Shown here one piece after another: positions 1-12,000 of a DNA stretch of 64,000 nt. The notes beneath the pieces were generated by a model. The model was not told where the DNA came from. It did not search any database and saw only the letters and a list, made by a program, of their open reading frames with translations. A program made the position numbers and the translations under genes. The DNA comes from Schizochytrium sp. TIO01 (taxonomy: Eukaryota; Protista; Bigyra: Labyrinthulomycetes). The DNA lies in NCBI GenBank assembly GCA_004764695.1, contig SMSO01000008.1, forward strand, positions 372,001 through 436,000. The letters are read 5' to 3'. Every line of letters begins with the position of its first letter. Positions within the stretch are counted from its first letter, which is position 1.

Positions 1-557
1 AGATTTGCAGTCATAGGCAGACATGTATATCACTTTTTATCTTTATGAAAAAAAAACACTTTGAAGTAGCTACCTACTACCTACTACCTACTACCTACTC
101 ACTAGTACTGGCAGCTGTTTATTTATATATTTTCTTTCTGTACTGCTGCCTTAAAAAAAAAGGTTTTCTTTCTCGAGTAGGGAATAGAATGGAGTGATTC
201 TGATCATGGCTCATGAATCGCGCCGACGACGCTCACGAGATCGCAAACAGCGAGCTACTTGGTGAGGGAGAAATGACCTGCCTGGGCGCTGCCCACTTGC
301 TGCTTCCCAGCTGTCAAAGGACTTATTTATTTATTTAGTTATTTATTTATGGATTGATTTATTCCTCGCTTGGGAGGTCTCCTGGGAAGCTCCACGCATT
401 TCCAGCTGTGGCCCTCTTTTATTATATACTATATTTAATACCTGAGATATGCTCAAGTACTTTGCTCACGTACGCAGTCCAATCCTCTTCAGATGAATTC
501 CATTAAAGCATCAACGCGAGTTGGACTTAGGGACTGCAGAGCTCATGGAGATAGATG

Positions 558-588
558 TCTTCTTCTTCTTCTTCTTCTTCTTCTTCTT
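558..588. repeat. (TTC)n microsatellite
   Basis: Read directly from the sequence. Confidence 0.95.
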
Positions 589-2285
589 GCGGCACGTTAG
601 TGAGCATGTGCGTCAAAAGGAGAATTGGGCTTTAAGGTCGGGCGAGGTACCTCGACAGTGCGAAACAGTTCACTGCCGTCTGCAGCTTTTGGGATTCTGT
701 GTACATACATACACTTGGCATGCAGTGCAGCCTTTTCGACTCCGAGTCCTTCTATAAATCCACAAATCCGCAGCTCTCTGGAAGCAGACTGCGTGCTGGA
801 ATCATGAGGTAAAGGTAAGTACGTCTCTCAATGATCACCATTAACTTCGTGGACTTTGGGTACTACCTCTATAGTGGTGTTTCTTCACCAGAGCCAACGA
901 ATTGTGCAAACAAAGAAACAAACAAAGAAACAAACCAACAAACAGCGGTCTGACATGAAGGAGGTGAAACAATGCCTTTCCGGCTTCCGGCTTCTCGACG
1001 ATCTTGGCCGACTTATCGCACCTCGACCTCTTCTTGAAGCAGGTACAACGACTTCAAGGTGTTTGTTTACCTTCACTTAGACTACTTCGTCCAACCTCAC
1101 GTTGCATCGGTTGTAAACCTTCCCTGCAATCAAGCACGCAGAAGGTACCTGAAGTGCCCTGCGCAGCGCAAGTTCATTGGCGTGAACCCTGGGCGACCGG
1201 GGGGTAGAGCAGAGCAGGACGCAGCGAAACTAACGCGACGCGAGAAGAATTAATAAACAAATGAGTTCATAGTTAATCTAATCGAAGAGACTTAAAAAGA
1301 AGAATATCACAGTGCTTCCTACAGAAAAGAGCAGAAGAATGAAGAAGAACTCAGAGATTGGAAGCGAAGAAAGAATCGGCACTTCAGTCTCTCGAGCCTG
1401 GAGCTCGCTCGCATCGATGGGCTTCTTTCGTCCACTGGCTCGTGGCCAGTGCTGGCTGGAGCTGGAGCTCGCTCGGGTGCGAGCTAGCCCGTCTGCAGCT
1501 GAAGCGTGGCAGAGCAGGCTGCGCGAATCGATCGATGCCAGTGGGGTCTTGAAGACCAGCTCGGGCAAGCTGTCGCAAGTTGGCAACTTCGAGCGGAGCT
1601 CAGCACTCGAGATTGCGCTACAGAGCGCAAGAAACAGCTCTGCGGCTGTCGCCAACTGTAAGCAAGCCTCGGATCGCGACTTTTGCGAGCCACGAGTGCG
1701 CGGGTGGCCTCGCGAGGAGAACTAGCAACACGCCAAAGTCAAGCTTAAGCTCCTCAACCGCTTCGCTCGCGACTCATCAGCGATGCCTTGGGCAACTTGG
1801 ACTTGCAGCGGCTGGCTAGCTCGAGCTTGACAGCCAGACAGCCAGCCAGCCAGCCAGCCTCTCCGTCAACGCAACCACCACGAAGCGACGCATGCACTCT
1901 CGAGTCCGTCTCGCTCGATGACCATCGGCCAAGGCCGTTGGACATAGATGTGCTCATGCCCAGGTACCTACAGATCTCTTCACCCGAGGCTGAGTTCGTT
2001 GTTAAGCTTTAGGGCAGTCAGTCCCCGCCGCTTCCGATTCCTGCGAGCGGCGCTGTTGCAGAGCAGACTTGCGCAGAGGTCGACGCGCAAGTAAGAACTG
2101 GCGACAAACCGCCTTTCCTCAGGCCAGTGTTCGAGCACGAAGCCTGAGACCGGCCACTGTCTCCTGCGACGATGGGGAGCGACTCGAAGTCCCCATCCCT
2201 CCCTCCCTCCCTCCCAGGTGGAGCCGCAGAACTGACTTGCTGCTCTCCACGAAGGGCTCTGCTCCAGAGCTCATGCAGAGTTCGC

Positions 2286-2286
2286 G

Positions 2287-2336
<50 letters not shown>

Positions 2337-2337
2337 G
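2286..2337. repeat. (GTT)n microsatellite
   Basis: Read directly; followed by (CTCA)n at ~2439-2474. Confidence 0.95.
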
Positions 2338-5273
2338 CAGAGCAGACGAAGGTCAGGGCAAGTCAAGTCGAAGTAAGGCAATGGGCAGCGAGAATAACCG
2401 AGTTACTCGCAGTGCATTCATGCATGGACCGCGTTGCGCTCACTCACTCACTCACTCACTCACTCACTCACTCAATCCCTTTCGTGGCGTGGAAGAGCTG
2501 TGAAAGGTGGAAGTCGCAGGTTGAGCAGAAAGAACAAAAGCAATTGTGGGGGTGGAGAAGTAAGGAAGTGGAAGGGTCAACGGTTCATCTTCCCCGAAGG
2601 ATTCCTCGCCGCCTTCTCAAAGTGATGCCTTGGCTTGACCTGGAGCTGAGACTGGACTCGAAGCAAGAAGATCTAGCCGGCAAAGCCGCTCGTAAGGACA
2701 ACTTGAGCTGGCGGAGGGAAGAGGAAGCTCAGAGGTTATGGTGCACGTAATGCAAACAGAAGGAGGGACACGGCATGGCGTCTTGATCCAGTCTTTGGGC
2801 AACGACTTGATTACTTGCTTGGGCTCTTTTGTTTGTTTATTTGTTTACTTTTTCTTTTTTCTTTTTTCTTTTTTGTAACTTTTTTATTTGTCTGTTTATG
2901 TAGTTGTTTAATGTTTACTTTTTAATTTGTTTGTTTGTTTGTTTGTTTGTTTGTTTCCTAATGGATATACCTAGGAGGGGAACTTGTAGGTGAACGATAA
3001 GGCAATCAGTCAGAACAAGTAGAAATGCCAAAACGAAGTCCGCCAGCAGTAAAAGCGGACTAGGAATGGCCCACTAACACTATAAACCTGACCTCTCAGA
3101 GGCCGTGATTGGCTAAATGTAGCGATAAAGCACCAAATATAAAGCGGCTAGAAGTCCTCTCTGAAGTCCTATCCCCGCAAAAAGCAAAGTCCTGAGAGCT
3201 CGTGCCTAATTTCGTTTCTTAAAAGTTATAGGTACCTGCAAGGTTGAGCTAGATACCTTGATAAGCTTTGAAGTTCTTTGTGAAAGACTCTTCTCAGAGC
3301 CCTTCAGTTGGTAGTCCTGGAGAGTTTAAGCCACTATTTGCCTCAAATTATTTGTAGTGCCGGGCCCTTTTCCAGAGTTTGGGCAGCCAAGATCGTAGTA
3401 CATACATACTCATTACACTGGTAAATTGTCCTGAGCGTTTGCTTGAGAAAAAGTTTAATAGGACAAGTCTCTGACTAGTGATGGTAGTACACGATTTTAC
3501 AAGCTGACGAAGCTGAACACGTCGTCATTATCTTCAATTTGACGACATCCACAACTTCCTCTCCTACTTGAAGAAGAGCAGGACTCGAATTCGCTCGTCG
3601 ATGCGGACGCTGCCAAAGTAACACGAAGAACAAACAGTCCGTGCCTTCATTTTCTGCATCCCTCTCGAGTTGGTAGATATAGTATAGGTATTTGCACTAT
3701 ATCCTTGCTTTGAAATAATTGCCTTTTCAAGCTTGAGATATCAAAATTGGTTAACCTTTTTTTCGAAGAAGAGGATGAAATCGATTATTTCGAGGACCCT
3801 ATATCTCCTCAATTTTAATACTACTGAAGCGAAATTCAAGACAAAGAGTCAAGCCGAAGCCACAGCTTGGCGCTAGCTAGTGCCACTGCGCCCACGCTGT
3901 GCCACCAAATAGAAACGATAATAGGCACTATTTTGCTCCACCAATTGAACCTCTGGACTCAGGGTGGCCTTAGTTAAGACTAATGTAAATTGGATTTAAA
4001 CACGCCTTCCGCCGTCTAAAAGGCATCGCTCAGGAGGCGCGAAGACATGCCAAGATGAAGGTGTAATATATAATTTTTAAGCATTATGAAAAGAATTCAT
4101 AAAGGTGGCATGGAGATTTCGACTCAACTCGCTTTTCCAAAATCGAAGGTGCTTCAAGATTTTCTTGTATATCACGACAATTTGCTCTGGAAAGTGGGAA
4201 GGGCATAAAAATTGATCGTAGGGCGTTTCTTAATTGAAAGAACGGGAGTATGCAAGCAAAACCAGAAATCAACATATAGAAACAATTTCGCATTATTCGT
4301 ACGGCGTTGGATATGACCATCACCGACTAGAAACTTCTATTTTTTGTAGTCTTTTCGAGAGACCCCATGCTGAAACGATCAGTTGAAAGTTCAACGAACC
4401 ATTCGAGGATTCGATAAACTTTACTGGCAGCATATAATCTTCAACACATCCATCCAGCTGTTCATCATTTTCTGCATTAAAAATGGGCAGGTGTAATTTT
4501 TGTTCTGATTTGTTATCATTTTAGTTCATATCACGAGTGAAGTAATATAGCACAAGCAAATTTGCATGGTTTGCATAAGTTCGACGCTCAAACTATTCTT
4601 GGCTGAGCTTTAGTAATTGATCGAGTTGTACCATGGATTATATCGTCATTGCTTTTCATTGGCTTTCCTTCGAACGCATGCGCCCATGTGAAACCTGAAC
4701 AGATCCAAATTTTCTTGTTTCTCCCACTCCAGAAAAGAGTACGTATTTCATAGTAACCTGCTTCATACTGTCTGCCCATCATTCATCGTCTTCTTTTTAT
4801 CTTTCTTTTGGATCATAGTGGCAACAATGTAAGAAAACATAGTGATAAGTTCAACCAGTTTCTTCTCTCCAATGCTTATTTGATATGACGCAGGTTCCCC
4901 AAAACTACTTTGTCATAACATTTGATTTCTTGACTTTAAAAGATATATTACTAGGTGGTATGCAGCTAGTATATATGCAGCTAGTATATATATAATAAAC
5001 TTTGCTACGGTCGATAGCACATGACAAGCCCTTCAGTTTAGGTTAGCTATTTAACTAGATGGGAGTAGTTTTTAAAAATGATATTATATTTCAAAGAAAT
5101 TGCAATTATAATAGCCATAGTAGGCCTACCGAGGTATTTAATTTAATTTTAAAAAAAGAAAAAAAGAAAAAAGTACAAATTAAACACAAAAAGATTTGGG
5201 ATATGGACGTCAGAGGCGATGCCCTTGACACAGAATATACATAATTCTGGGTTTCAACAGCGAAGACCTCTCG

Positions 5274-6794
5274 ATGCACAGAGAAGGAGAAGAGAATGAA
5301 GAGGGCGAAGCTGGAAACCAAAGCGCCCTGGAGAGTGACCAGGGCCTCTTGCAGTTCTTTTGGGGGCTCGCCAGTCCACCTGGCGCAGACCAGAAAGATT
5401 CGGACGCTGATGATGGCAACAGCGACGAGGAGAACGACAGCGTGAATAAGAAGGAAGGCTACGATGACGACAAAGAAGGCGTAATTAGCCATGATCAACA
5501 ATCTTCTAATGTGGAACATACTAGTTTGCACGAAGGCAGCCACTCTGTCGAAAATAGCATTTCAAATGACCATAGGAAAGGTGAAAGTGGAGATGTCCTG
5601 GCAGACATTGCGAAAACGACCACAGAAAGCCTGCAAAGTAAGCCTTTAGAGCTTCATCCAGGAGAAGATGACGACTCAAAGAGATTCAAACGCAAAGCCA
5701 AATGGAGGAATTTAAGTGCAAGAAATGAGGAGCTAGAGTCCTTAAGACCAGTCTATCTCAGACGCATTGCAGAGCTCGAACAAGAGGTTGATGCATACCG
5801 TCTGGCGGGTGCAATCAACCTTCAAAAGGAGAACGAACTTTTTCGAGTTGAGATCTTTAAACATAAGGCTTTCCTTGCTAATGTCACGCAAGCCATTCAG
5901 GACACTACAAGATCTCTACAAGCAACTAATAGTGAGCATCTTCGATTGATCACTGAAGTCATTAACTCAAGTATATCTCGCATTGTTGGGCTGGTGCACA
6001 TGTCTACACAGTGGCAACGCTTTGATGAAATAGACCATGAATCTGGTTTGAAAATGGCTGTCTCCCTTGAGTTTCTCCCCCACGGCGTGCTTCCTCGTGA
6101 GTCCAAACGTATTAATATGCGATATGAAATTTTGCATGCTCCTGTCTCCGCAGACAACCTTCATCAAATCTTGATGTCGTTTTGGGGAAACCAAGATAAA
6201 GTGAGGAGTCTGTACAGTGCCTTTGACGTCTCTTCCACCTATCAAGTGAACTATATACCGATGGAGTCTCCTAGTTTAGATGAAGCAAGGAAATCACTTG
6301 GGGGGGGTACTATACAATTAATCAGGTTCAATGAAGAGAGTGCGACGGGCATCGTCACAGACTCGCTATATACTACCTGTACATCATCACGTGACCTTGT
6401 GCCGCAATCATTTGTCGCATGTGGAAATGACGAAGCTCTTAAAGAGGAAATCAACTCGACGATAGATCCAGGCATTGCAAATTGCCAAATATTCGCTAGC
6501 ATCTCAGACGACGACACGAAATCTCTTGCAGAAGTTGATATTGAGTCTACACTGACAGGCAAATTCTCTTTTGGCCATGTGGTCGTCCCCACGCATCATG
6601 CTAAGGACCTTTCGCATAGCATTATGATATTTTCTGTTCCCATGGGTTCCTTTGAAGCTATGCGAGACACAAGCGACGTTCTACAAGATGGAGGTGGGCT
6701 TCGAGGAACGTTTTCGGCAGCCTTCCACGGACACATGGAGATTTTCGCTCAGGAGATTTTATCTTTCACGGAAAATGCAGCAGCGACCGCATGA
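5274..6794 (+). CDS. bZIP-zipper + C-terminal START-like domain family protein, copy 1 (degenerate basic region)
   Basis: 506-aa single ORF with acidic N-terminus. Zipper NLSARNEELESLRPVYLRRIAELEQEV, second coil NLQKENELFRVEIFKHK, and family motifs VGLVHMSTQW, KRINMRYEI, DLVP, FGHVVVP, SHSIMIFSVPMGSF all align by eye with the other copies. The basic motif reads PGEDDDSKR instead of N-A-x-[AS]-C-R-x-x-R. Confidence 0.85.
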   Translation: MHREGEENEEGEAGNQSALESDQGLLQFFWGLASPPGADQKDSDADDGNSDEENDSVNKKEGYDDDKEGVISHDQQSSNVEHTSLHEGSHSVENSISNDHRKGESGDVLADIAKTTTESLQSKPLELHPGEDDDSKRFKRKAKWRNLSARNEELESLRPVYLRRIAELEQEVDAYRLAGAINLQKENELFRVEIFKHKAFLANVTQAIQDTTRSLQATNSEHLRLITEVINSSISRIVGLVHMSTQWQRFDEIDHESGLKMAVSLEFLPHGVLPRESKRINMRYEILHAPVSADNLHQILMSFWGNQDKVRSLYSAFDVSSTYQVNYIPMESPSLDEARKSLGGGTIQLIRFNEESATGIVTDSLYTTCTSSRDLVPQSFVACGNDEALKEEINSTIDPGIANCQIFASISDDDTKSLAEVDIESTLTGKFSFGHVVVPTHHAKDLSHSIMIFSVPMGSFEAMRDTSDVLQDGGGLRGTFSAAFHGHMEIFAQEILSFTENAAATA

Positions 6795-9048
6795 GCTTGA
6801 TAGAGCGCTTTTCTTCTCTTCTGGGATACTGGCATTTCTAAAGATTTCTCACTTGACCCAATTTAAGATTTCAAAAGCCTTGTAAAGCAATTGCGCGGTG
6901 TTGTGATCTAGAGGCGTAGTTGTTTCCATATACTCCCATGGGAGCCTATAATTGTGCTGCTTGTACACTTCAAATCCTCCTGGTTGAGCATTCATGTATG
7001 TCTTGATTCTCTCAGTGCCCATGCCACAGAGGGTCTTAACATGTGATATTTTGAGTCTCGAAGGGTCAATTTCATCGTTGCAGACTTTATACATATGATG
7101 CCAATATCTACGAACTAGGAAAGTGGTTTTCAAAGCAAACAGACATATTGGCATAGAGCAGCTCGATATTTCTGTAGGGGTACCAACTTTCTGTGTTTTC
7201 GCCAGTACGAGTAAGCACAACTAGACGCAGCCACATATATATGAAAACACCAGCATCCCACATTCAGATAATATCAATCGTAACCATCACTCATTGGGGT
7301 AGTCCAACGAGTTAGCTGCTAAAGACGCTGAAATCAGGACTTATTGGTGCTAAGAAGAAATAACGAAGTTTCCCTTTTACATTTTGAACTTACTTGGTCT
7401 TCTTGATCATTCAGTTATCTGAAGCGACTCCGATTACCCACGCAATCATAAGCTTCTGCCAAAAGTAGGTCCAAACCTGATTCATTTCATCCAAGTTAGT
7501 ATAGTTGAAGGATTCCCCAGGGCATTTGCTTCTAAAGCGAACAACGAAATCCTGGCGTTATCTTTGTAACAAACGTCGTTGCTGTTGCTCTTTATTTTAT
7601 GAATAAGTATTAGCTTTTGATTGTACACAGTTCCTTCCTTTGATATTGAGAAGCTAAAGCGACAACTATGGAATGAAGTTTGGGGAATAAATAGTCAGAC
7701 CTGCCATTAAAGTCAACTTTACCCCTCCTTTATCAAATCAGTAGTTTCCTTTATGTCCACAAACTACAGAACTAGAATTCAATATTGGCTAATTACTGTT
7801 GCAAACGTGGCAAACTCTGTAGCGTCTTTTTAAAGGTCAACTTAAGACTCGGGACCATGGTGTATCTAAGTACATTCCGTAGCTTTCACTTAGTTCTCAA
7901 CGATGTCTTCACTACTCAGGGCTTAGGCCTTAGAAAGGCCCGAAAGTATGCTGAGACTATGTAAGTCCTATGAAATACATTAACAGTTAGAGAATTAATA
8001 CTTGTCACTTGAATCCTGACCAGGCTCGCCGCACCAACAGCTGCTTCAAAGTCATTCACGAAGAAACCACCATATCAACCATGCCGTTTTACATATCCAA
8101 TCATGCTCGTTGAAAGTCCGAGGCGCTTTCGAGTTCGAACCTTATTCCTAGGCAAGGTCGTGGAAGCGGCAAGACGCTCGGCACGATTGGATAGTGCATG
8201 CTCTATCTACTAGGCAAAAGCAAAAAACGCGTGGGAGCTGCTGCCAGTCTTTGAGCTTAGCTTCGTGTCTTTAGCTTGGTCAACCAAAGCATTTTGCTCA
8301 AGCTTGTGAGTAGGTGGTTTGTGGTTGCCTCAATTTTATTGTGAGACTCGAAGCGACGTGAAGTAGCTTCAAGAAAGTACACTTATGCACTGTGTGGAGC
8401 CTTTTGCTGTTGTTGCACAGGTGGAGATGATCAAGGCAGTGCAAACCACACCAGTATTGCTCAATGCGACTCGATGCAAGCAGGGCAAAATAATTCTATG
8501 CAGAGCAGAACTTGCACTTTGACGTAGTTTTAAAGATGGATTACATAGGGAAATGCTGTGCATGTCTTGGTTGTTCGCGTAGTGCAGAATCGTGCACACT
8601 AGCAAGTACGGCTTCTCACGTAGGTTCTTGTGCTAAAATAACGATCAATCAATCTCTAATGCAACCGAGCGTATGCACAAGAACTAGTCACTGATGCCTT
8701 GTTGTCCGGGCTAGCATTTCGTTTCATTTATTCTACGCTAGCTTCTTCTTTACGGTTTTGCCGGATAAACTGAATTCAATCTACAAAGTGTTGCATTATG
8801 CATTATATCATGCTAGCGTAGGTTCAGAGATTTCAACGAAATTGGCAACTTATTAGAATGTGTCAATCAGAGAGCCGCAATGTACTTAATTTAGCCGCCA
8901 TAGAGAAGCGATACCCGCATAAAAGAGATACCTGGCCAAAGGGAGTAATTGATGGCATCATGTTCCCTCCAGCATATTTGCATCACCAAACAATTTATTA
9001 GTTGGAGCTTGTCTGTTGATAATTGTTCATTTAAATTGATTTAGACGT

Positions 9049-9087
9049 AGAAATTGGCTTCAGAAATTGGCTTCAGAACTTGGCTAA
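9049..9087. repeat. 13-bp tandem repeat AGAAATTGGCTTC x3 (third copy imperfect)
   Basis: Units at 9049, 9062 and 9075. Confidence 0.85.
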
Positions 9088-12000
9088 CCACTTTTGCAAA
9101 ATCAAGGCATTTTTTCAGGATCGAAGAATGTTGTAGCATTTTAAAAGAAAAAAACTAAGGCACGAGAAGGAAAGAGAAACGCGGCCAAATAATTTTGCAG
9201 GTACAACTGAGCTGCGTCCTTACCACAAATACTGGAAATGTTGCTTTCATATAATATTTTTTATTTCAAAAGGAGGGAACTCTCTAAGTTGGGTATGCAT
9301 CTAGTAAGTCTAAAGGTAAGTCTAGAGAAGACATAACCATTGTGAAGTAGTACTCTTATATCCAATGATTATTGAAAGTACTCTTCAAGCTAAACCAACA
9401 GTGTCTCAAGTGTTACTGAGCGCAGTGCAGGCCCCTTAAAAAAAAAAAAAAAAAAAATACTCACATTGTCGTGTACCACTAGATTATACCACCTCTGACA
9501 TCGTCTACCCAAGCTAGACGTGGATTGCGCAAGCTGACACGTCTTAGTATGCAGCTGTGATGTTTTTGTTGTTTTGTTTTTTCGTAAGCAGCGGCCAAGA
9601 CATAAAGCCGTGGTAGTAATAAGGTAATCAATTAACCAGGTATCTCGTTGAATATTTCTGGTTTTAAACAATCTGTTGGACACTAAGAAAACCGCATCAT
9701 ATTTTTGGCTGAGTTCTTGAGCCTCTTTTTTCGCTTAGCTATAAATTGCCGATCTCGTTCGCCATCTCAGACTCGCGAGCTCCTCCCATTAGATATTTCG
9801 CTGGCGTTTGGTATCCATACTTTATCGGATTGTCGAGCCAATGGCACATGTGTCACATTTTGCATTCATAGAATTGATGAATGCAGAGTTAGGAATGTCT
9901 GTGAGTGGTCCTCAGCACTTTCGAACTTGGCAAGAACTCACAGTGTTCTTTATCCTTGTAACAGGAAATTCAGAGTGCAGACATGACTAGGAAGGGTTAC
10001 CTGGATAACAGTAGTCAGGTGTCAAATAGTATGTAGTAGGTAGGTAACCTACCTACTGTTGGGTTGAACGTCCTTTCGAAAATCTGTTTCGTGGCACATA
10101 TTTTGAAAATCGAAAATCCAGAACAACAATGCTTCTGCATATGGTTTTGAGTTATAACATCTTTTAGAATGCTCACTTAAATACTAATTATATGCTTTGC
10201 AGGGCAGGCGTAAGCAAAGAAATGCTCTTCGCAACTATAGGCATTTTGTTTTCACCGGCTTGCTTTGAATGATTAATCCATTAACTACAAAACTCAGCTA
10301 TTTAAGTTGTAGTGAACCCCAGTTGAGACTAAAAGAAGTGCAATTGCATATGGAGAGTAGTGTAATGTTATTGTTGTTTACCTAAGTGATAGTAGAAGTT
10401 AGTAGGCGACATTCTCTAATCGATGCAGTGTTCTTAAATCTATCTGCCCCCTCAAAAATTACAAGGGGCGAAATATAAAGAAGACAACAGACGATTGTAG
10501 GCTGAAAGGCGAGTAAAATTGCGATGCAACTGGCCAGTAATTCGCTCTAGTTAGATTTTACTCAGCTGATATGTAAATAATGTTCGGACCCGTGCGGGCC
10601 ACAGCACGACCCAATGCAAAGGTCTCTGACTCGCTGCACTCGTAGCGGATGGCATTTTACGTACATATACAATCGATCAACAACTTGGCAAATGTTTTAC
10701 AAGGTCTGCTTTAGCACCAAGAAGAAATGTTGATTCGTGCCTGTACCTGCGTCGCAATCTCTACGCTGATGTTACAAATTCACTTGGCTTTTTAAATGGT
10801 AGAACTTGTTGAGAGAGACGAGACACGTATTCTCGCTCAAGGTATAACGCAACCGTTTTATTTATGTTTGCCATAAGCATTGATTGATTCTTCTTTTAGA
10901 TCTACAAGGGTTTCTCTTTAAAATCTCTTTTCTAACGGAATGAGTATAGCATATGGGAAAATAAATTCTTAATTTGATCTTGGTGAAATCCTTTCTTGAG
11001 ATCTTGAGCTTTTTAAAATCTCGTTTCCATATGCTTTCTTTACGCCAGAATGGCCTTCAGTCCATGTTTTGCTTCTGTTGCTTGTGTTGCTGTCTACTAT
11101 CAGTGATGCTGATGTGTTTCTTCGTGTGAGTGCTCAGTGGAGATGAGAGAAAAATGAAACGCTAATCCCCCACAAAGAATTAAGAATTAAAAATTAATTA
11201 ATGTTTTAGGTACCGTAGATTTTTATTTAAAACAGATATTTTTTTAATGTTTTTTAAAGTACAATATGAAAAAAAGAAATGATAAATAAAACAAATAAAC
11301 GGCAGTTAAACTGACTGTGAGCGTTTCCATCGCAATATGGCGTATCGTGCCAAGAAGGCAGTACAGAGCCACATCAACCCCGAGATGCTCGTTCCTTCCG
11401 GTCTCTCTAGCTCCGCTCAAAGCTTGCAGGGCCACAGTGGCCATGCCAGAAGAAGAGCTTTCTCCTGCCCTAGCTTGCTTGACCTGGAAACTGGCATGTG
11501 TGCGTGCAAGCAACAACGAACGCCCAACAAAAGAAGCCAAAATGTTTTTCATCAAACTAAAAATAAAAGTAGCAAATGAATCACTAAAACCTTCTTAGCT
11601 ACTGTTCTAAAACGCCCAGTACTACGAGTCCAAAGCCAAAACACGCGACATTACAGAAAACACGGAGTTCCTGAGCTATGCATCATTTTGCGACCCCCCG
11701 GGTCTCGCAGGCCAAAGCTGCAGTCGGCGTTTTATCGTCTACCTAGGTACCCAGTTCTTCGTAATTTTACAAAAACAAATGGGAACATGATGCAATCAAT
11801 GCATTCATGCACTGCAAGTAAATCGATTATACCTATTCGTTGTGGCGTTTGTCTGGTCTTGGATGGCAAGGCAAAGGCTGCCTTGGAGTTTTCTCATAAC
11901 GCGAATACTGAATTGATACTCAATTTTCGATGTTCGATTTTCGTCTCCAGGCTCCAAGCTTTTCAACCCGCCTCCCAAGACCTGTTGGTGATATCGCTGC

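Noticed and set aside
856-2800. Many overlapping 60-190 aa ORFs in GC-richer DNA (similar at 28.9-30.4 kb and 58.6-59.3 kb)
   Set aside because: Present on both strands with no codon bias or motifs; expected by chance at this GC content.
9049-9087. Short direct repeats considered as a CRISPR-like array
   Set aside because: Head-to-tail with no spacers, eukaryotic context and no cas genes.
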